A DNA stretch of 63,194 bases, counting the filler, from Lenisia limosa (taxonomy: Eukaryota > Protista > Breviatea): the NCBI GenBank assembly GCA_001655205.1. It is 14 parts of 14 records of this genome, joined end to end, with 100 filler letters (N's around TTAATTAATTAA, not from the genome) between each part and the next. Parts side by side here need not be neighbours in the genome. Positions count along the whole stretch, not along the records: positions 52,221 to 57,238 come from LPNZ01005420.1; positions 57,339 to 58,786 come from LPNZ01010296.1; positions 58,887 to 61,542 come from LPNZ01004503.1; positions 61,643 to 63,194 come from LPNZ01006091.1; 10 more parts are not named here. The stretch is one strand, 5' to 3'. This document shows, piece by piece, positions 52,411 through 61,911 of this stretch. The notes under the pieces were generated by a model. The model was not told the origin of the DNA, made no database searches, and saw only the letters and a list, made by a program, of their open reading frames with translations. Made by a program: the position numbers and the translations under genes. Position 1 is the stretch's first letter, and each line of letters begins with the position of its first letter.

Positions 52411-55400
52411 CTTGCAGAGCAGTGTGGCTTTTCCTGATCAAATCCTCAGCCCATTTCGGGGCTTCTCTCTGGCCGACTGAATGCGGTTAGGGGACATACA
52501 GTGACCGGGATAAGTCTTGACCTAATTTCTTTGGGAAATCACAAGCTAATCGGTCAAGACTTATCCCGGTCGCTGTATCAAAAGTTAAACGGGGAAAATA
52601 TATTAATGAATCTTGGGAAACAAATTCACCCTTTTCCTATGCTTCAAAAATTGAATTTTACTCCCCCCCCCCCCNNNNNNNNNNNNNNNNNNNNNNNNNN
52701 NNNNNNNNNNNNNNNNNNNNNNNNNNNNNNNNNNNNNNNNNNNNNNNNNNNNNNNNNNNNNNNNTCAGATTTCCAATTTTAATCCAGCAACAGAGGTGAT
52801 TTTGGATCTCAAATTTTACTTTACCAAACTTACTTTTCCAATTTTATTTTTCCAATTTAACTTTTATCACCCTCCACATCCCGCGAACCATTTCGTTTCC
52901 CAATACAGCACCGGTCTTGAAGAGCAGCGGTAGGCGTATTAGTAAGGTCTACCGCTATGAGTGCATCGTCCGTCACAAATGCTAGGTAACGTAAGGGGGA
53001 ATTGTACTCGAAAAATGTATGGAAAATATGTGGGGGGGGGGGCTGTTTTTAAAAAAAATGCAAGGTAAATTGGGAGGAAATTTTATTCCAAATGCAAGAA
53101 AGCGCTGCTCTTGATACACAACAGGAACTAGGGGTTCCCTCCCGTACGAAATTGACCGATAAAATATCGATAGTTTTCGAGGATATATCGAGAAATATCA
53201 ATACTTCTCGCGGTCATTGCAACATACAACACTACAACAAAAACAGCAACGCCTACCAAGATGATGTCTGAACAGAGCCAAATGAGTGACAACTCCTGAA
53301 ATGTGAAAACAAAACAAGCGTGTCAGGCAAACGATTGGGTGAATTAATAAACTGAGAAGGCACGCAGAAATGTGAAAGCAAAACAAATGAACCTCCTTCC
53401 CTGGTAGTGGGGAGAGTTGTCAGGCAAATAATTGGAGTATTATTATACTATAGTTCAATATATCAAATAAGCGTGATGATGTGGACGGCTTCNNNNNNNN
53501 NNNNTTTTCTCATTGCTAAACAAATAATCCAATATCTCTGATACGTGATGGTGTCAACAGCCTCGGCTTCGATATTTCTCGTATATTAAATTATATGTAT
53601 ATATTTGTTGATATTTATGAGGTACATTTGGTCATTTTCTGAACTGAAGTGGAGCCCTATCCATCATACCTGGGGGTGTGACCATGCTTTCCACAACCAA
53701 ATTTGCTGCGTTGGGACAATACTAAAAAGTCAGTGACTTCAAACTTTCGGTCAATATTTTTGAATTGAAGAAATAAAATGTCAAATAGAACAAAAGTGTT
53801 TGAAATAGCGTTCTCGTTAGGGCTCCGTGCAATTAAAATTTTTTTTTTGCAAAATTTGAAGTGGGATGTAGTGTAACCAGGACCCCTTTTCAGACACTTT
53901 AATTGCTAATTTTGTCAATTAATTTCTTCCTAGTTCTTATGAATATAAGTCCCCCTTCAAAGGCAATAGGTATCGTGGTGAGCCAAATATAATATAGCAT
54001 GTAGTATTGTACATACATTGAATATCAAATACTAAATGACGCCACCACCACCTTTATTCTTTTATTCATTTTTATTTTTCATTATTTTGGTTGTGGTGTC
54101 AACGACCTTTATTATCTCATTTCTCTTTTCTCACCCCCACCCTCCCAACCTTGGACTGAGCGGTGGACGACAGCGGCTGTTCCTTGCCTGGGTGAATTAC
54201 GCTCGCAACGAAGATGGAAGCTCCGCTGGCAAAAGCGACTCTCGAGGTCTGTCTGTAAAGATAAGATATTGGCAAAAGCAACTCTCGATAAGATATTATA
54301 TCATATAGTACTATGATTATAGTAAAACGCTACATAAGATATCAGAAAAAAAACATTGGGGGGGGGGGGGNNNNNNNNNNNNNNNNNNNNNNNNNNNNNN
54401 NNNNNNNNNNNNNNNNNNNNNNNNNNNNNNNNNNNNNNNNNNNNNNNNNNNNNNNNNNNNNNNNNNNNNNNNNNNNNNNNNNNNNNNNNNNNNNNNNNNN
54501 NNNNNNNNNNCATTTGTGCACTGTTTTTCGCGTCTGAATGTGTCAAATATCGATATTTATCAAGGAATGTGTCAGCTAAGTCAAATATCGATATTTATCG
54601 AGGAATGTGTCAGCTAAGTCAAATATCGATATATATCAAGGAAATTCTCACCACACGTTCTGCTGTTTTGCTGAGATGCTCTTTGAATGGCGCTTTGGAA
54701 AAATATCGACACCATGCAATTAATTTTTTAAGGTTAATTGACAAAATTAGAAATTAAAGTGACTAATAGGGTTACAATATGTCCGACTTCCAATATTGAA
54801 AAAAAATAATTTTTGAAAATTAATTGCACGTAGCCCTATAATATCATCTGATAGCCCCCCCCCCCTTATATACCCCCTCACCCTGTTTCCTCCAGTCGCC
54901 ATAGCAGCGAATGCAACTTAAACCATCTGCTACCTCCAAAGTAATCACACTAATCAATGAGTTTTAAAGAATATTCAAACTAATCAATGAGCTTTATAGA
55001 GTAATCACATTAATCAACTAGTGTGTGTGTGTGTGGGCGGGGGGGGGGGNNNNNNNNNNNNNNNNNNNNNNNNNNNNNNNNNNNNNNNNNNNNNNNNNNN
55101 NNNNNNNNNNNNNNNNNNNNNNNNNNNNNNNNNNNNNNNNNNNNNNNNNNNNNNNNNNNNNNNNNNNNNNNNTCTTATTATTACTGTAACTGAATGTTAC
55201 AAACACTATTGATTCAACTGACACTTCTACTGAAACTCACATAATTATTAATATTACTATTATCAATCAATATCACACATTCATCACACTGCAAACCAAT
55301 CAATCACAGGAAGATGAAAGAAAGCCTTGATGTTGGCGTTGACTAGTCGGAACCATCCTCGTGACTCCACCTTGTCTTTTTTGTGCTGACACAACCACAC

Positions 55401-56100
55401 GCGACCTGCGAAAGAGGGTAAATAAGAAAATGGAAAATGGAAAATATTATGGCGGNNNNNNNNNNNNNNNNNNNNNNNNNNNNNNNNNNNNNNNNNNNNN
55501 NNNNNNNNNNNNNNNNNNNNNNNNNNNNNNNNNNNNNNNNNNNNNNNNNNNNNNNNNNNNNNNNNNNNNNNNNNNNNGAAGGAGAATACGAGAGTTGGAA
55601 ATAAAACACACAAAACCCAGCCAGTCGTTTTAGTAGCATTTAGATAAAGCAATCTGGACACAATAACCAAAGTAGTTAATCTTTAATTTGTTGTTCCACT
55701 TGCACCCCTCCATCCTTAAAGACAATAACACCACATCATCCTTAAAGACAATAACACCACATCATCCTTAAAGACAATAACACCACATCATCCTTTTAAA
55801 GACAATAACACCACATCATCCTAAAAGACAATAACACCACATCATCCTGAAAGACAATAACACCACATCATCCTAAAAAAAAATAACACCACACCTTAAA
55901 GACAATAACACCACNNNNNNNNNNCCTCCATCCTTAAAAACAATAACACGCCACCTCATCTATAAACGACATCCCCCACCATCTTTGCACGCGACAATGG
56001 CAGACGAAGGCTCGTTAATTAAGGGCTCTATGAAGTGTGGAAGCGTGTTCGGCGCAAACACTTCCTGGGAGTCGAAGAGATCGACACTTAGAAACTTCAT
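52411..56100 (-). CDS. HPS3: HPS3-like (BLOC-2 subunit) N-terminal region, 3' truncated
   Basis: MKFLSVDLFDSQEV, CIRCYGDWRKQDLESRFCQR and YCPNAANLVV parallel, in order, human HPS3 as recalled ([40 protein letters not shown]). Exon phases are consistent where checked. Confidence 0.62.
52499..52575. mobile_element. MITE family B
   Basis: TA|CAGTGACCGGGATAAGTCTTGACC...GGTCAAGACTTATCCCGGTCGCTG|TA. Confidence 0.88.
53315..53560 (+). repeat. Dispersed repeat D, partly duplicated
   Basis: gtcaggcaaa..ttgggtgaatta..aagcgtgatgatgtggacggcttc..ttctcattgcta. Confidence 0.75.
53818..53935 (+). mobile_element. MITE family C
   Basis: TAGGGCTCCGTGCAATTAA..gtaacc..ctaattttgtcaattaa. Confidence 0.65.
54543..54645. 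repeat. 38-bp tandem repeat (about 2.7 copies) containing the internal motif of MITE A
   Basis: Unit gtcaaatatcgatatttatc(a/g)aggaatgtgtcagctaa. Confidence 0.85.
54715..54838 (-). mobile_element. MITE family C, inverted relative to 53818
   Basis: Reverse strand TAGGGCTACGTGCAATTAATTTT..gtaacc..ctaattttgtcaattaa..aattaattgca. Confidence 0.7.
55711..55950. repeat. 26-bp minisatellite, about 8 copies, in the first HPS3-like intron
   Basis: Unit cttaaagacaataacaccacatcatc. Confidence 0.92.
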
Positions 56101-56604
56101 TTTGGTCAAGCCTCGACGGCAAGACCGCTATTCTGGCTCTTTCCAATTCACTGCTAGAACTCAAGGAACTGCAGATAAGCTATCATAGGCTTGGGTTTGA
56201 TTCAGATGACTGTTTGTGCTCTGCTTTCCCTCTTTATATCGTTTTTCTGCCCATATGTTGTTAAAAGTGTGAAAGTGTGCAATTAAAAGGTAGAGAGGCA
56301 AAGAGGGAAAGAATATTTTGAAAATATTTTGTCTTAAATATCCAGTCAATTATCGAATATAAACCCTTTATAATCCCAGAATTTTGTTGAAGATGCCTTT
56401 TTCCTTCGCCTTCAGTCAAAATGCCCAAGATTCAAGTACAATGGAAAATGCAAATGGAAAAGTAGGTTTCCCTCTTTGGATGTTATGGCTTCTTTGAACA
56501 TCGATCTTTTCCTCTCTCCTCACCCCTCTCTTCTTATTATTATTCTGATTAATATTGATAAAACTCTGAACTCAGTGGACACTATTTATCTCTTTTATTA
56601 CTGG

Positions 56605-56730
56605 CTATGGGTACAGAGTTGTATGGCAAATCATGGGTGAGTTAATATTTTATAGTTCATTGTCTTTTAAATGCGTGATGGTGTGGACATCTTCTCGTTT
56701 CTACATTTAATGTGATGATGTGGACTGTTT
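56605..56730 (+). repeat. Dispersed repeat D
   Basis: ggcaaatcatgggtgagttaat..gcgtgatggtgtggac..gtgatgatgtggac. Confidence 0.7.
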
Positions 56731-57097
56731 TCACAAGTTCTTTGTTTTTTTTCTGATTTTCTTCCAATATCAATAAATGATATCTTTCAACAGGATTACG
56801 CGGAACGCTTTGGCCAAATACTTCCTTGCTCCTTGCTTCTATAAATGATCGATACTGCCTTTTTTTTTTCTCATTTTATAGCTAGTATGAGTAAAGTGTT
56901 GGTTGTTTTTATTTTCTATTATCCAATATCAATATAATGATGGTATGTGACAGCTCTGGCCAGAAAACGTCTTATTCCCCGTCATTTTCATGTGTAGCTG
57001 AGTAGCAATACCGATTTCTCGTATAAGGGTGATGGTGTTGATAGTTCCTTGTTTGTTTGTTTGTTTGTTTTTTGTTTTTTCTCATCATTCCACACAG

Positions 57098-57197
57098 CTT
57101 GGAGCGAGTAGCCCCGGTTGAGAATCATCAGTGGTTTTTCGACGTCAAATGCACCAACTGTGGAGAGGAACGACACATGGTGTACTTTTATGAGGAT
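57098..57197 (+). CDS. CZIB: Exon of CXXC-motif zinc-binding protein (CZIB/C1orf123/DUF866)
   Basis: LERVAPVENHQWFFDVKCTNCGE matches the family motif LEN..L.P...F.W...KC..CGE. Confidence 0.75.
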
Positions 57198-57427
57198 GTG
57201 AGTGAGGGGTTGTATTTTAAAAGGATGGGGGGGGGGGGNNNNNNNNNNNNNNNNNNNNNNNNNNNNNNNNNNNNNNNNNNNNTTAATTAATTAANNNNNN
57301 NNNNNNNNNNNNNNNNNNNNNNNNNNNNNNNNNNNNNNCAAAACAGCACTTCACCTCAGATTATTCATCACTATCTGAACGCATGGATCCAATACATTAT
57401 ATCCATATAATGATCTTTTTCCCACCT

Positions 57428-58785
57428 CGTCGGCAGTCCAGAACAAATGGGAGCAAAGTGACACGCAGGTTGAGGCGTCATACTTCTTCATCATCTTGTT
57501 GGAGTAGAGAACAAGCTTAGTGACAACGATATCGTAGTTATCCTGCTGTGTGAAAAGAAACGTAGAAAAAAAAGAAAAAAAAAAAAAAAAAANNNNNNNN
57601 NNNNNNNNNNNNNNNNNNNNNNNNNNNNNNNNNNNNNNNNNNNNNNNNNNNNNNNNNNNNNNNNNNNNNNNNNNNNNNNNNNNNNNNNNNNNNNNNNNNN
57701 NNNNNNNNNNNNNNNNNNNNNNNNNNNATCATTCCTTGTTCAAAAACAATAACAACATCAAGCTGCAATGTAACCCACCTCTTCGAAAGAGGTGAAAGTT
57801 TGGAGGGTGGTAGCGAGTGCGGAAACGTACTTCACCTGGGCGCGAGAGTCGGAAATCTGATGGGTTAGGTGAGCAGAAATGCCACTGGATGTGTTTTAAA
57901 ATATCCATCCCTTTCTTCTCTCTATTTAATTGTTGTTGTGCAGCAAAACAAGCAGTATAAATATACATTTCACCCCCGTTCATTGTTCAAGCCCCCCCCC
58001 CCTCCCCCACCTGGTCCTCATAGAGGGTGAAGGCTTGGGAAATGAACTCAAAAGCGATTTCCTCGAGGTCACATTGGTCAGNNNNNNNNNNNNNNNNNNN
58101 NNNNNNNNNNNNNNNNNNNNNNNNNNNNNNCAATGGAGGCGGCCTGGGGGGGGGGGGGAGGTAAATGGGATAACTACAAAATACAAAACACAACAATTGG
58201 ATATAAGTAGCCAATGACACTTGTAGCAATCTGAAAAAACTGCAAATGGGAGTAGAGAATGGCTTCAAGGAAAGAGCATGCGATGCAACGCAACCGGGAG
58301 TACCCACGTGCATGAAGAGGTTCAGTCCGAGCTCGGCCTTTTCCTCAGCCAGGGCACTGATGGTTTCGTGGACAAACTTCATGGCCTTGCGGCACTTCTT
58401 CAGGTTCTCTTCATCTTCATCTTCCTCCTCCTGAAACGTGAGGAACATTCATAATAGAGAAGGTTCTTAAAAAAAAAAAGAGTATTAGGATAAGAGTTAG
58501 AAGTGGTATTACTACGTGGTAATATTTGGGCCTGTGTGCATGTTGGTGGGCGCCAAGTATTTATTTGTTCCTATTGAATCCACAAAAAGAAAAACCTTTG
58601 TCCTGTGGTGTTCATATCAATACGAAGAATTTTCTAAAGACAGGCTTATGTTCTCACCCCACCTCTTCCTCATCTGAGTTGGCAGAAAGGTCATGATATG
58701 CCACGGCGACGCGCAGGGTGTCGAAGATGACTGGAACGAGGGTGGTGTTGAGGCGGCGCACCCCACATGTGCCGAATGCGGTCCT
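57428..58785 (-). CDS. VPS35: Retromer subunit VPS35, C-terminal fragment
   Basis: CRKAMKFVHETISAL..AELGLNLF, EEIAFEFISQAFTLYEDQ|ISDSRAQ, KMMKKYD..CSHLFW. Confidence 0.9.
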
Positions 58786-59080
58786 GNNNNNNNNNNNNNN
58801 NNNNNNNNNNNNNNNNNNNNNNNNNNNNNNTTAATTAATTAANNNNNNNNNNNNNNNNNNNNNNNNNNNNNNNNNNNNNNNNNNNNAGGTAAAAATCAAT
58901 ATCATGTATTAGGTTAAAAAAAAAATGAAATTCTACACACAGTGTCGTAAGATTGCATAATTATGATATGTGTATGTATACTGAAGCTATTTTTTCGAAA
59001 CTTAAGTGTCTGAAATGACGTTCAAGTTACAATATGTTCCAATTTGAATTTCAGAATGAATGTCCATAAAATGACCAATT

Positions 59081-61457
59081 CAGGTACCAGGTACCATTTC
59101 AAAGCTCGTCGTGTCAAACATCACTGTCGAAGGTAAGAACATTATTAGGCAAATTATTGGGTGAATTAGTATTTTTAGTCAAATATCTCTTTTAACCGTG
59201 ATAGTTTGATGGCTCAGATACAGCCACTTTTGATTTCGTTTCTACCTACAAAACAAAATTCAAAATTCAACCTCTTAGGCCTCTTCCTACATGACCAGCT
59301 CATATTCCCGACTATTCTGCTCCGAGCCAAAAGCGCTCAAAACTTGGTTTGCGCTGTGTCCTAGCAAAAAGGAATATATATGTTGCGTGTTGATATTCGA
59401 ATCAAAATTCCCGCTAAACATCTTCTTTGACTCGAAAAAAAGCGAGTGCGGTGAAACTTTGTGCAAAACTACACCCCCCCCCCCTTCCTCTTATTTTTCA
59501 TCTTCTAGACTGAAGATNNNNNNNNNNNNNNNNNNNNNNNNNNNNNNNNNNNNNNNNNNNNNNNNNNNNNNNNNNNNNNNNTTTCTTCGGACCATTTTAA
59601 CACTGCACCAGTTTTGATCAGGGTCGTTTCAACGTCCCCGTCCTTTCCCAAGTCAATGTGAGGAAAGATGGCGTCAATACATGAACTTCACTTTCAAAAT
59701 ACGTGAAATAATTTCGACTCAAAAGTCGGTCATATGCTCACTTGTGGTAATGGATTAACGTGTGATATGATTTACCCACTCATAGTTATTACTAGTGCTC
59801 CGTGCAATTCATTTTTTGAATAAATTAATTGACACATTTTGAAATTAAAGTGGCTTAACAGATTACATTACAATATATCGGTCTTTTACAACTGCAATTT
59901 TTTTATCATATGATATGTGAATACTATTATTATTGAGTATTATATGTGGTCTCTTTATGCGTGATGGTGTTGACGGCTTCGGCCAGATATAGGCTATTTT
60001 GATTTCTTTCTCTACATACTACACACTATATTTTAATAGATTATATCATGATATGTTAATCATGTAATATACGTTAACAGAAACAAGTTCATAAGTGCAC
60101 ACAAGTTGGCTTCTTATGTAACTAATGTTTATTATTTTTCAGAAACCGTGGAACTGGCTTCTCCTTATTCGAAGTGGAGTGCGCCTCCCCGACAGACTTC
60201 CATAAGTTGATCACAGCGGCTTCATTAGGGTTCACTGGGCTTATTCGATCTGCGTTTATCCCAGAACTGATCTCCGTGACCTCAAACTTGAAGTAGGTGA
60301 AGAATGTTTCATCGGGTTTTCATACCATATAGTAGTATATATGTAGGGCTTCACTTCGGTTCCCAAAAACGGAAAAAATATCGATAGCTTTCGAGGATTT
60401 ATCGAGAAATTCAGTCTTTTTTTTTGAACCAAAGTGAAGACCTAAGTATTATATGATATCTTATTTCACTCTTCATTATTGAAAATTTGATTATTAACAG
60501 AGGTTAGTGAATTGTCAAATTTCATTGTTGAAAATTGGGTAATGTAATTATATTACTCAGTTCTTCTTGGTTAATACGTGACGTGTGATATTACTTCCCT
60601 GTTGTTGAACAGAAATATCTCCCATAAGGACCTAAACCGTCGTTTTATTCTTTTTTTATTTCGTATTTATTTAATGTTTTCACAAACCATAATCATTGTC
60701 TAAAGTCACCTTTATATGACGTATATTATGGGTCTGACTTTTTTTAGGAAAGCTGCTCAACGTGACACTCTTCTGTTCAAAGTTTGTGGTACAGTATATT
60801 CATTTGATAGTATAATTGACACAATATTTGTTGAATTAATAATACGATGTATTGCATTGGAACAATATATATAAGGATAATTACTAGGATTTTAAGCATT
60901 TAGAAATTTGGCAAATTATTAATTGGTCAGATGATGATTTTTGTCTGATATGTAAGGCATATGACGAACACAAATATTTAATGCTAATTTAACATGACAT
61001 TTAGGACGTACTTGTGGACAAGAAAGTTCAATCTTCAAAAAAGAAGCCGTTATCCCAGCACCTTGTACTTTCGGTAAGTTGTTTTTTTAACAAGAGAAAT
61101 AATTATACATTAGAAATCTAGGAAAACAAATAAATCCATAGGGATACCGTAAATAATACCCTGCCTCCGCGCTCACCCTCCTTGGCGCCCTCCGCCCCGG
61201 TATGGTAGTTCCCCTGTCCAGGTGATTTGTATTTTAAGGCAAATGCCTAGGTTAATATTATTAGCTGCCTATGAGTTAGGGCTTCCCTTTTCTCCACAAA
61301 TAACCGACACAATATTGATATTTATCGAGGATTTAAGAATTTAAGAAAAATTCATTCTATTTTGGAACCGAAGGTGAAGCTCATCCTACCCCTCATACAA
61401 GCCCAATGAAGGTCGCTTTGTTTGGTGACGTCATGAACTGTGTTGACTTGGCCTCCC
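59081..61457 (+). CDS. Partial multi-exon protein of unknown function
   Basis: Splice-bounded open exons, e.g. RGTGFSLFEVECASPTDFHKLITAASLGFTGLIRSAFIPEL and PMKVALFGDVMNCVDL. Confidence 0.45.
59700..59790 (-). repeat. Dispersed repeat R1, partial
   Basis: aaagtcggtcatatgctcacttgtgg. Confidence 0.6.
59788..59905. mobile_element. MITE family C
   Basis: tagtgctccgtgcaatt..aattaattgaca..aaattaaagtg. Confidence 0.6.
60344..60444. mobile_element. MITE family A
   Basis: TAGGGCTTCACTTCGGTTC...GAACCAAAGTGAAGACCTA. Confidence 0.88.
61276..61382. mobile_element. MITE family A, degenerate
   Basis: TAGGGCTTC..tatttatcgaggattt..gaaccgaaggtgaagc. Confidence 0.7.
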
Positions 61458-61493
61458 TGTAACAATCATTTTGAGATCAAGATTGGGGAAAAC

Positions 61494-61542
61494 TAGGGCT
61501 TCACTTCGGTTCAAATAATACCAGTAAAATATCGATAATTTG
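61494..61542. mobile_element. MITE family A, cut by the scaffold end
   Basis: TAGGGCTTCACTTCGGTTC..aaatatcgata. Confidence 0.8.
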
Positions 61543-61787
61543 NNNNNNNNNNNNNNNNNNNNNNNNNNNNNNNNNNNNNNNNNNNNTTAATTAATTAANN
61601 NNNNNNNNNNNNNNNNNNNNNNNNNNNNNNNNNNNNNNNNNNTCACGCTTATAAGAGATATTGGAATGAGTTAATTGACCCGATCATAAGGAAGAAGTCT
61701 GTTAGAAAACCCTTCCAAAATAGGCAAGTATTTGTTTTAATCAAAAGTGCCAAGCGGCTCTCACAGCCAAAGCCCATCTATCGTAAT

Positions 61788-61888
61788 TAGGGCTTCACTT
61801 CGGTTCGAAAAAAGACTGAATTTCTCGATAAATCTTTTGAAAATTATCGATATTTTACCGGTCTTTTTTGAACCGAATTGATGCCCAA
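61788..61888. mobile_element. MITE family A, with TSD ATCGTAAT
   Basis: Identical 8-mers at 61780-61787 and 61889-61896. Confidence 0.92.
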
Positions 61889-61911
61889 ATCGTAATAACA
61901 CCCCCCACCTT

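Noticed and set aside
53818-54838. A single 1-kb TIR element that captured an exon
   Set aside because: Both ends align over about 120 bp as separate copies of one short element in opposite orientation.
3601-61598. TTAATTAATTAA palindrome recurring 13 times
   Set aside because: It is always centred in 44 N + 44 N. This is an artificial six-frame-stop spacer, so gene neighbourhoods across it are not real.
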